Shown: positions 26,384 to 39,000 of the stretch, piece by piece
Position numbering within the stretch: the first letter of the stretch is position 1
How the letters are laid out: every line of letters begins with the position of its first letter
Assembly (NCBI RefSeq): GCF_000002075.1
Contig: NW_004797656.1
Span: 73,308 to 137,307, forward strand
Direction: 5' to 3'
Source of the DNA: Aplysia californica
Lineage: Eukaryota
Length of the DNA stretch: 64,000 nt
Made by a program: the position numbers and the translations under genes
Notes under the pieces: model-generated
Databases searched by the model: none
Told to the model about the DNA's origin: nothing
The model's input: the letters and a program-made list of their open reading frames with translations, nothing else

Positions 26384-29300
26384 TGTGTGGTTATTGAAGA
26401 TATGAATCGGGAAGTGATCATATAGATTACACAAGAGGGGTGAGAAGAACAACGTCATGGTTTCGACCTGACAAAAAAGCAATTTTATTTTTGTCATTAA
26501 GGCTCATCAGCAATACTTTCTTGCTTTGACATCAAACAAAGAACACGCATGACCCATCCTTCTATTGTTTTATCAAAAACGGGTACTTTTCATGATGGAA
26601 GAGAAGAGAAAATGAAATTGTCTGACAATAGAAACCAAGCATCACATTGTAGCAGCGGTTGTCAAGAAGTCCTGTACTAAGACAGAAATTTGTCAAAGAT
26701 TAGATATCCCAAATCAACACTTTCCATGTTTCTAAAGTCGAGAAAAACCCAAAAACACCGCATTGGATGTCAACCCGACAGAAAATGAGCGGGCTTTTCC
26801 AAATTTGAAAAATCAGCAAGCACATGCAATGCCTCTTCCTATCTCTGATGCAATTCATAACACTACATCGAAAAGATCCCAAGCATTGCAGGAAAAAAAA
26901 ACCAATAATAAAGAAAACCATGATCATAGCGTTAGAAAACAACAGCAAAAAAAGCTCGCTAACTAAAACGACAGAGTGAGATACTTACCTTTGCCAGCTT
27001 TTTCTCCAAGTCAGCAAGCTGAGATTTCATTTGTTTCATCTTAGACTGTTCAGCAGTGGAGGCCTTCTGTGCTTCTTCCTTAGCTTTCTCCACAGCCTGG
27101 CATTATAGCAAGACACAACAGTTTCATATGAACAATTCATTCATTAAAGAAAAAAAAAGAAGAAGACGTAAAAAACCTGACATAAAACCGAGTTTTTCTG
27201 CCTGTTCTTCTTGTTTTTGCTTACTTTGACTCTCCCAATCTTATGATCTGAATAAAAAGTATAGCACACCTAGAAAGTACTTCAGCCTGCATTCAAAATG
27301 TTCCCTCCAAAGCTATTTGATTGATAAAACGATCAGGAAATAAAGAAGGCCTCCGACTTCACGAAATATTTGTCTATAAAGGGTGTAAAATGGAGTACCG
27401 GTACTAATTAATTTCTGCAACAACCCTGCACTCCTCCATAGCACATTGTCTACTACAAGAGGAAAAAAGGTTAAAAAAAAAAAAACAAGAAAAGACAAAA
27501 GCTTAATTGTATCTTAAGAAATGGAAAAGGTCAATACGACATAGTTGGGAGCAGAAATGTTCAAATTTGTAAACGCCAAACAGCCCCCTTAACTTCACTC
27601 GCATCTCTCCACATCTCTGTGACTATAGCATGGTAAAAATGGTTGTTTTTGTTGAGGTCACATGGGTGCCTTGTAATCTCAAAGTATTCATTATAGGTGT
27701 ATGTCGGTTCATAGGATAACCTCATCAGAGCAAAGCTTTCATAATAAAGTGGGTGTGCCAAATAGCTCAGTCGTTATCATCATGTTCAACTACTGTACAC
27801 ATGTGTGTGATCCAAAGTTCTTATCCAAGAAAGTTACTTAAATTCATAATTATGAAATATTGGCAGTTGCAATTTAATACATCATGATGCAAGCATGCAA
27901 GGCAGAGTGCTCAAGCTATAGAAGATAAAAAAGTATACACTCATCAGAAAATGGAGCTGAAAGAAGAATTCAGAGTAATCCTATTATTCATGCAACATGC
28001 TTGATTCTATTGTTATTATTTGGTATGGTGTGCATTTTAAAAATAAATTGTTATTCATATGAAACAGCATTTATCTTACAATAAAAACAAAGAATTCGCT
28101 TTGTTGTGTAAGAACAAAACCGTGCCATTTTCTTACAAAAGTATAAAGAAGAATGATGAACCAAGATAAAAACATTTTTGTCCACATTTGACGCTATTCA
28201 ACAGAGTTCACTCTGGAGTTGGTATAGAAACCAGATGACAAATTACACGAGTACCTCCTCTTTTGCAAGGCGCAGCTGCTCATCCATCATTCTTTTCATC
28301 TCCTCTTTCTGGTGGCCAAGCTAAAGTGAAAAAAATCTTCAAATGTTTTTGAAGTGCAAAATTAAATAGCTGAAAAGAACTATGCATTTATAACGTGTTC
28401 AAAAGGAATAGGCAAAATAAACTAACTACAAAAACATTTTAAAAACTTCATATTTACCTCACCACAGAGACCTGAACACAAAGTCATGAATACTAAGCCT
28501 CATACAAAGGGTTAACTGAAATAATGGCATGCAGCAATGTTTGTTCCATTACTTAAAAAAAGAACTGTCAATTTGGAATCATAAGAAAACTGAGTAAAAT
28601 ATTATAGACTGCTGGCTACTGTTAAGTCCATATCGAATGTGACTTTTTAAAAAAATAATCTTTGTGTTACTGTGAGCAAAACTTTGAAATCTGACCGTTT
28701 TAAGGGCACAAATTAAAAGCATAGTCTCTGATGATCATGCAAAGGGTTACCTTCTATAAATTTAGTAGGGCAATTTCACTTGACCTGACGATATTTGGTA
28801 GATTTTGTGTACACTGGTATATTTATGTTTGCCAATACATTACCCTCTAACTTTTTTGAGAAACCAAAAGCCCTGTATTTTAGGGATCATGTCCGACAAA
28901 AAAATCTTCAGAATGTGGATCTGAAAGAATACTAATAGCTCATAACAGGTTCTTGCTGGGCTAAAATATGTTCTGTATAAACAAACATAAAATTAAATAC
29001 TTTTATTGCTTTGTTTTGTATCGGGTACTGTATACCTAATGGCAATTTTAAAAATTTATAATTCTGGAAATTTATGTTGTAGCTGTGTATTCAGGTAAAA
29101 TAGGGAAGTGTCCATTTTTGTTTTTAACTACTCAAACTCCCATTTTCTACTTAACAAAAGAAAGGAAGATGACATTGTTCTTCTAAAGAAGTCTCTGGAT
29201 TATGCCATTATGTAAGATGAGAAAGTTCATGGGTAAATTCTATTTTGAAGCACAGACTGTAAAAAAATCTTCTTAACAAGCCGTCACTATCAACAAAGCT

Positions 29301-29998
29301 TCTTTTGACTGCACATTAATAATCCAAATAAGTCTGACAGCTTTGCTCCGATTTACTTAAATAATATCCAGTATGTGACTGACAAAGACCCCAATAAAAC
29401 TGTGAACTGCAGATAAAGCTTCAAAAGAAAAGGAAGACAGAACCATCATAAATCATACCATCAGCTTTCCTAAAGGGCTTGAAAATACAGTGAAATGAGA
29501 TAAATCTTTTAACAAAACAATAGCCTTATGTTCATGAAAATGAAGGCTTGAGGTCATTAAAACCAACTCCACTCAAATAGAAGGAAAAAAGTCCTTCACA
29601 CACACAAAAAAACTTATTTTTTAAAAAAACATGCAACGTCTTTGAAATCACAAGTCTAAAGGAAAAAAAAAAATTTGAGGTAAAACAGATTGCAAGCACA
29701 AGATAGAGGAATGCAGAGTAAACAATAACTGAAAGTCATGGTGGACCAAAGAAACCACCAAAATAAACATGTTAAACAGTTAGATATATAGTCACACAAT
29801 TATCATATGCAGCAAACAATTCTGTGATTATATATGTTTTTCAAAAACTTAAAAGAAAAGGCACACGAAAGAAAGAACAGCATAGGAGACAAAATGGCAT
29901 GAAAGCAAAGCACAAGATGGTTCTTTCATACAAAGGCCTATCATTAAAGAAGAAATTCAATTTATTTGTATTTTTTGTGCAAGAGAGAAAGAGAGAGA

Positions 29999-30049
<51 letters not shown>

Positions 30050-33000
30050 CGTGAAAAGTTAGTGTATCTGTGATAATATGCGTGTGATTGTTAGATAGCG
30101 CATAAGATGCCATGAGGGCTCAAACTTGTCTTGACAACAGATAAAAAATATCTGCAAACATTTTTTGTTAAAAATATGAAGGAATAACTGCCATCGTAAA
30201 TCCCTGGGTTATGTTCTGTACTACAGCTGCACATTTTAAGCAGCCTGACACCTTGCCTATACAATGATGTGGGAAAGAATCTAAGAGGAAAAGTAAAACC
30301 AGGCGTACATAATTAAAAAGATTCCTGTTCTGCAGTTTCTCTTTATATTATCAGCTTCAATTGTACAATCTTTACAGTAATCATTTGTTGCCCTGCAAAA
30401 TACGTAATTTTTTTAAGATGCAGAGATGTATAAATGATTAAGACGAAGAGATAATCACATCAACAAAAAGGAAGGAAGGAATGCAGAAAGACTTTTTGCC
30501 TCTTATGAGTTGGGTGGCATTTAGCATTGCTGTTATATTCTTGTTGTAATAGCAACTGCTCCCCCCCCCCCCCCCGACTCTCATTTTACCCCAACCTTTC
30601 AAACAGAAAGAAGAAACAAGAGTAATACCCACCCACCCCAAAAAATCAAACTGTTAAAAAAAATATTAAAAAGAACAAAAAGAAAAAAAGAAAGAAATAC
30701 ATGAATAAACAAAAGTATTTCTTTAACCCCTTCTATCTTCCAAGAGGAAAAGAAATATAAAAACAAAAACAGAAATAAAGAAATACAAATATAATAGATA
30801 CAAATGTGAAATCAGTTTCTCTACATTTTGAGTAGAAAACCCAAATACATATCTGAGAAATTAAGAAGACCCATCTCATAAAAATGCCAATGAAATGAAG
30901 TGTACACAAAACTTTAGCAAGCTTAGCCCATAAAAATTAAAGCACTGTATAGGCCTACTCTTTCAACCCCAAATAACTACAAATGCAATCCCATGGAAAA
31001 CTCTCAAGAGACCAGACACTTTGGGACACAAAAAGGCTAAACCCTCATCATGCTATATATTTCTTTAGCCTCCTCCAAACAATGAATTTTGTACACTGCG
31101 AGAGAAGGCACGAACAATATTATCTAGCAAGAAGAAGGTAAAAAATACTAATACATCTATACATGCATGTCAAAGACTGTAAGAAAGAGTACATTTTCAC
31201 TCATTAATATCATGGCATCACTGGTGAATGACATGTCATCAAACAGTGAATAAGTAAGCACATGACAAGCATTTCATTTCTATTAAAGAGTTTACCAAAT
31301 CATCAGCCTGAAAGCAAATAAAACAAGTTAAGTGTCAAGTGCCAAATTCAGTAATATATGTACATTCACTCTGAAAATAAGTCACTTAACGACGGAAAGT
31401 CATTTTGAAATGGCGATATGTATCTCTTACTTAACACTGTGCATCCAGTTCTAAATACCACTAGTACTGTGTCGCTGAGTAACAGACCGGATGTAAAAAG
31501 AAAAGAAAATCCTCTGTTGCTGAGAATGTGGACTATGTTTCACTGCAGACAATTTAAGTCTCTGTTTTTCTTAAAGTTGCAATTGTTGCAACATACGATA
31601 TTCCGACAAATAACCATCACTTATCATTGGAATTATAAGACTCTAACTAACAGTAAAAATGAAATGTAACAAAGAAGCAGCAGGAGTGGCAGCTGCAATG
31701 CAAAGCCCTTTACAGGCAAATTTTGAGTCTTATAAATAAAACAAACAGGCGTTCAAAGAAAAGAAGGTATCATCCACAAAAACAAGAGAGATCTTAAGAC
31801 AACGTATATAATTATATTTCTGAAATAAAAAATCAAGGTCATCTTGAGAAATAAGAAACGATCAGTATTTTTGAATGACTCTGCTTGCTGAGCAACTAAG
31901 AGTGTCATGGATATTAAGATAGCTGAACTTAATATCATGGCAATATGACTTCATTTTCACATTTGTCATGCATATCAAATTTGTAAAGCACTTTAAAAGG
32001 CACGGAGGCTACCTATTTAATACAATCAACTAAAAAGAATTCTATGTATTTGTAGTAACCTTCATGGCCTAGAGTGGTTAAAGAGGTTAGAAATGACAAG
32101 ATGCATGAAAATAAATGTTGTAAATAACACAAAGCTGGAATGATTCCAGCTGTAAAAGAAATGACTTTCTCAAAGAATAAAATCAGCCTTGCTACAATCT
32201 CATTAAAGAATCTGAGAAGACTTTATCTTCACTTAATTTGTAAAATAATATTTCTTTCCTCCACAAAGGCTGTTAGTGACAAAAAAACATAGCTACAATC
32301 ATACATTTTGACAATCTCTCTGTCCTCTACCACAGTCCCACACTCAAATGGTACCATGGAAAAGATATGATGCATATGAGCCTGCTTTGAATCTTTGATG
32401 AGACATTTTTGACTCAATATTATCTGAGCACAATGAATAGCTGTCTCCACTGTACTGTTAGAGATCGACATAAAATCAAGGTCTTGCCATTTGAGTTTGT
32501 TCTAACAGAGTTTTACGGCACTTGCAACACAAAAAAGTCATATAAGTGCCGAAGATTAGAGGTGTTACAAGAGAGTAACAAACATAAAAAAGAAGGAGGA
32601 AAGATAAGGACGACAGACTTTTTATAGGAAAGAAGGAGCAAACTACTCCAGAGCACCCATCAATCACCCACTTGGTATTGGAAACATGGCATTATATTGT
32701 AAGTGGCAGTAAAACTGCACTATACCATATCATCCTAAACAATGCCTGAAGAAACTAAAACATGTATAGAGCCATACACACCATTTTCTTGGTCGTCTCT
32801 TTCTCCTGTGCAGCTGCCTCCATGAGCTCATTGTGTTCATGCTTTAGCTGTAGTCAAAATAATTTTATTACAAACACATTCACATTACGCTTAGGAAATT
32901 TGTCCACACAACCATTTTGAAACAAAAGAGCAACTTTGTATACATTTCCAGCTACTTTCAATGTGCTGTTACACCTAAAAAACCATCAGGGGTCAGATTT

Positions 33001-36000
33001 AAACAAGAACAAAAACGTCTGACAGAGAGTTAACGCAGCCAATGTGTGGCTTAAAAGGTAAAAATCATTTTAAAAGTGGAATAGGGGTTTCTAGTACAGT
33101 GCATTCGACATGTGCAAGGAATAAGAATCATAACCTGGTTCATAAGGTACTAAAGTAGTAATTAAACCTATAGTGGTGAGAAACGCAGGTATTGTGTGCA
33201 CACTTCTAATGAAAAAACTATCATGCATAAAAAAAAAGTGTAACATATATGTCTTTATGCAAAGTTAACAAGTACTAAAGTTGTAAGACATGAAACCATT
33301 AAAGTGGACTTTCCCTCCATGTACTAACATTTGCATTCATTTGGGATAATAGACGGACTTTGGTAATGTGTAAAATTCTCACCTGCTCCACCATGATTTC
33401 ACTTCTCTCCTGTTGCTCTTTCATAGCATCCATTTCTTTATCTGCAAACAAAAATGCACATCATTTATATATATGTCAAAGTTCATGTCGAAAATTTGAT
33501 GACTTATTTTAAGCTTTGCGTCCCATATCGCAGTGACATTATATCATCTAATGACGGAAATCAGAAACAAAATTGAAGACACTTAAAATTGAAAGTGCAT
33601 TAAAGCTAAATGTTCCTACTCCAAAGGGCATTAGCATGATTGTATGCCCTCTCTCTTGGCATACTGCAATTTTTATACGTATGATTTTGTGTACACTGGT
33701 TAATCTACCACATACATACACACTAGTGCTGTGCGATTTTGAGGAAACAAAAATTCATCCAAGCATCGAAGCATGAGCTCAAAATTCATGCTATTCGAAT
33801 AACTCTGTTGAATGTTTTTTTTCTTGTATACGATAGGTCCAGACCTAACTTCCGCTATTCAACATTCACTTAACTATTCACAGCCCCGTCGAATGGTATT
33901 TTCTTATACACAATAAACCCAGCTCTAACTTCCGCTTTTTGAAGTACCATCAAATGTTTTTTTCTTATATATACGCTACGCCCAGATCTAACTTCCGCTA
34001 TTCGAAGCGCCATCAAATTGTTTTTTCCTATACACGATAAGTCCAGCCCTAACTTCTGCTATTCAAAGCGCCGTCGAATTGTTTTTCTTCTACATGATAA
34101 GTCCATCACTGTCACAGCACCAGTCACTGAGCGCGCGTGTGTTGTTGTCACAGACAGTGCGGTGTGATGACATGACGTCACCGTTCATAACACTTCTAAT
34201 TTCAAATAGCCTAGGGGAAGGGGAGCTTATTGCGACAGCTAACTTCAAGAGAAAAAAAAACATTCACTGCGCTTCAAGTAAGAGTCAACTGCCCTTGCTT
34301 GAGCTATACATGGTGTGACGAGTGAATATAAGGGATATTCTCTAGAGGAATATTTTATATCTCTTTTTGGCTCCTCCTATCACTCTGTCTCGTAACCATC
34401 AAATAAACGGTATTTCTGAAGGCTATATTTATCTAAATTATTTTAAATATACTATGCTCTAATTTTACTAAGTTTAAGAAAAATGAGATGAAAATCCGTT
34501 ATCTGTTTTAAAAAAAAAAATCACACGGCATTCAAATTGCTCTGCCACACTTCATATAGCTGTGAATAGTGCAAAAATCATGAATGTCGAATAGCAAAGT
34601 CGAATGGGCACAGCTCTAATACACACTTCTTTCTATCACTCAAAAATACTTTACAATTCAAGGTGGCAGTTCAACTTTTTTTTTTTACTTCAAAAGTTAA
34701 AAAAAGATCTCAAAGCATTCTTACGAAGAGTCAAGATTTCTTCATCCTTGATATCCAAAGCCTCTTCCAGTCGAGAAATCTTTTTGTCTGACTTTTCTAG
34801 TTTCTGAGTCGCTTCTTCAAGCTCCTCTTGTGCTGTATTCAACTGGTCTTGAAGGGCAGAGTCAACACGAGGCTGAAAATTTACAAACATTTTGATGTTG
34901 AAGAAACTGAAATGAAATCAGCACTAGAACAATGACAAGTGAGGGGACCCATACTTTTCTCTGCAATTCCAAACATGGCTATTCACTGATGAAATCAAAC
35001 AAAATTTACAAAAAAGAACAAAATCTGAGAGTAAGTCAGACACTACAAAATGAAAAGTCTAACAGGGGTGGTTTACAAATAATATGGTCAGAATCCTTAC
35101 ATTACTTTCATCTTTCAAAATTTTGAAAGGGAAAAAAGTTTCAAAAGTCACAACACTGAATTTAAACAGGTTCCAATAAAAATGCCAGTGAATAGAGAAT
35201 CTGGGGCAGATAAATAATTTTAAGAAAGTATGTCAGAAGAAATCTTTTGACTGATTATTGGGATAACAATATCAAGGAATAGAAATTCTTGAAATAGCTG
35301 ATATTGTGTGACAGTAGAAATACTGGTTCATGTGAAGCCAAGTGTAGAAAAAAACAAAAACAATATGAAGACATTGAATTTCAAATAAATCACACCATAC
35401 GATGAAATGATTCAGCAAATTACTTCGTACTTTTGTACTACACCCTCTGTTACAGTTTTTTTATGGTGAGATTTCATCTTGGATATTACCTTTCTAAATT
35501 TTTACTCCTTTTCATATTTTCTTATTTCCTTTATTGAGAAAAAGGGAAAGGGAAGGGAGAGATGTAGGCCTTGGCCCGAGTCATGAGCAACTGCTCAAAC
35601 TCTAGAGAGCAAACATTGCTTAGTAGGAAGGAAACTCTCTACAGAAGCACAAAACCATAACATATTTTAACCCTTTCAGCACTGGGCTATTTTCGTCCCT
35701 CACTTCCCTTTGGCCGAGGTAATACGGGAGTCCTTGACCTCTCAGGCCTAGCCAATGGCGACTGTTTGGCGACTGTGTCTGCCATTTTTTGCAGTCAATT
35801 TAGGAGATGACATGCAAAATATTTTTTCAGAAGCAATTGGACGGATAATGGTAAAAATACCCATTTGGGTATGAAGCGGCCAGTGCCCTGTAAGGGAAAT
35901 ATATATGTGTCACTATGCAGTGGTATCATGCGCTCGTCAATTTTTGGGCATATGGAGTTATTGATATAATCTGAGAGCTGATTTATTTGCTTTGCTTCCA

Positions 36001-39000
36001 ATGAAATAAATAATCCATTTATCTCGAACAGAACTCTACATATTTTCTTTTGAAGGAAGTGAGGTTGCCTAGTCACAGTGTTGAAATTAGCGAGAAAATG
36101 GCCGCCAAAGATTAGTAACTCCAATAGCTAAGGAGTCTTTGAAAACTGAAAAATGACATATTTTGAGCCTTTATTCACTGTTTTTCAGTAATATTCACAT
36201 GGAAATGTGTTATCATATGGATATATAATAGGTTAAGCCATACAAAAAATTCAATAAAAATGTCCAAATTGGCAGAAAAATGCCTGTTTCTCCGATTTCA
36301 GTATTTTGAGGAGCGCCTGATTTCACCACGCTGCCTCACATGTGCAACTGGGCTTGTGGGAACAAAAACTTGCGAGAGAAATACACATGACTGGGCCTGT
36401 AACAGTTATTCGAAAATAAGGACATTGTATCCTCCTCTTCGTCTATGGAACATATAACATGATATCAAAAGTATATATTCCGGAACAAACCATATTATGC
36501 AGAATTACTTCAAAACTTGATAACTCCTTATCTCCTGAAACAGCCAAAAACAAGTTTCTTTGACTGGGAGTTCTTTCAATGCATGAAGAACTATCAAAAT
36601 AGGTACATTTGTTTGGATTTAATAACTAATTTGAGTTATGGAAGATACTGTAAAACAAATAATAGAGGATGATTCGACAAATTAAAAATGCATACCATGT
36701 AATCTCTTCTTTTTAGTCAGATAACATAAATTTAGTTAGTTGAATGTTAGACAAACAAACAAAAACAAAAAAGTCAGTGGCATACACAAAGACAATTTTG
36801 TAGTGACTTCAAAAAGTAATGTTAAAAAACATATTACATACAACAACAACATCAAATATAAAACAAACAAAAAGCGAAAGACAAAAAGTTCCAAAGTTCT
36901 CAAACAGCATGTAAAGAAAGCAGATATGCAGCAATGCTCAGACAAAGCTATGTACTCTCAAGCTTTTTGCAGTGATAATCTTTACCAGAAGAGCTGAGGT
37001 ACTTCTTATGTGGGCAATTCTTTAGAGAAATATAATGGCAAGCAAAAATGGCTTAAATTATGGATTTGAAAAAATTCAATGTGGTAAATGTTTACGGAAA
37101 TTTTATTTTTATCACCTTAAATTTTCCGTCTGATTTTATTCAAGGCATAAAAACAGACCTTAAAATCTTTTACCATTACCAAATATAAAAGTATGAGCAC
37201 ACAAATTGAGGACAGACACGGCATGATGGGAAGATATAGTGCAAATGTGGGGGCACTCTTTCACTTATAGGCATAAAGCAGTCAAGCAGCAAACAGCAGA
37301 CAGGAGTCCTCTGTGATAATAGCATCTTCATGTAAGTACTGCAACGTTTTTCTATTTTTTTTGTGATTCACAAGGTGAGGAAATCATGTGTCAATGGGAT
37401 GGAATGATACTTGAAGGATTCATTTTGTGGCCATAAGTGGAATTCTAAAGGGCAACTTTTAGTTCTGCATAAATAATAGGGGAACAATGTGGGCATTCTA
37501 TGAAAGAGAGATAAAAAGGTAATACTTTCTTATTCCTGTGGCAAATTTTAGGTGGTTTTACAACTACAAAAGATTGAATAATCTGTCAGAAGATGATAAA
37601 AGAACTTCATAGGCCTTACTCTCTCCTGCAAACAATGTATGTTCTGATAAAAATGATGGACAATCCTCCCGCTCATGATTCAGTATTATTCAGGGGGGGG
37701 GGGGGGGGATTTTCAAAAGAGTGAGAAAATGTGCAGTAAAGCACAGTGTGGCACCACAGAAGAATAGCACAGGGAGAGTGCGGATGGAATGCTTTGTGGT
37801 GTGCATACTACACAGAAGAGATGAGCAGTTTTGTCAAAAGAATCCATACCCATGAGGTAAGGGTACTTTCAAAGGGTATTTTGCATGTTTTTATTAACAA
37901 CCAAAAATATATTATTGTGGAAAAAAGAAAAAGAAGAACGTTGAGTCAATTTCAACCAATATCCCGAGAAGTAAACATATTGGATTTTATCATGACCATT
38001 TTTAGTCTTTTTGTTTAAAATGAAATTTTGTTACATGTTATTATCCATCACAATGTTAAAAATATCCATTTGTTCAATATATTGTTATCTTAAATCTTTA
38101 AGAACAAAAATATGTTTTATGACACTTCAAAAAGAAAAACAATGTTTTCCAGTCACTTCATCACCCATTAAAGATTAAGAACTCATATCCAGAGAAACTG
38201 CAAGATAGTTTACCACAACGGGAGATCCAGACGCTCTTGAAGATTTGCTTTTATTCGACTGGCAAAAAATAAAAGTAAAATAAATCAGAAAGAATGGTAA
38301 TATGATTTCTAAACAACAGATTTAATACTGACATTTTGAACAAATGATACCATAATAAGCCGAAGCAAATTTTAAGTAATAGCAAAAAATTGAAAGCAAA
38401 TTGAACTAAATTGAAATGGAAATGTGTAAAATTTGCTAAATCTATACTTATGCTTGTAAAAATGTAATAAAAATGAAAAAGATATGAGAAAGCAGATTCA
38501 AGGAATATTGTCCTCATTCTACAACATACAGAACTCTCATCCATGACAAATCGTCTCTCCATGAACCTCTCATCATCTTCCTCTTGTTGCTTCATTTGCT
38601 GCTGCTGCAGTTGAGTTTTGAGCATCTGGATCACACCTTCATTGCGAAGGATTGTAGCTTGCATTTCCTTGAACTTTTCCTCTTTGTCGGCAAGGTCACT
38701 CTTCTGTTTTGTTCTCTCCCTAACAATTTTTGTCTGCAGATTTTTCTGAAAAGAAAAAAATTAGTAGGTAAAATAAATAACAAGTGGTCCTAAGTATTCA
38801 CTTCAAATACTGAACTCACAGTCAATATTTCAAATTAAGTATCTTCTCAGTTTTTCATTCTTATATTACACAGTACTCAGTGAGACACTCCTACTTTCAC
38901 GCTGTTACTTGTGAGTGGAAAATTGGACAAGCAAGCTAAAAAGACAATGTCAACTCATGGAACTCCTGCATCACATGAACTAGTCAATTGTGCCTTCTGA

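Noticed and set aside
28506-28515. Extra 10-nt microexon candidate (ttcag|TTAACCCTTT|GTATGA), plus 3-nt candidates near 28751 and 28845
   Set aside because: The 10-nt unit would leave a 34-nt intron to candidate D, and the 3-nt units have weak context. They show that chance matches occur, hence the caveat on the microexon finding.
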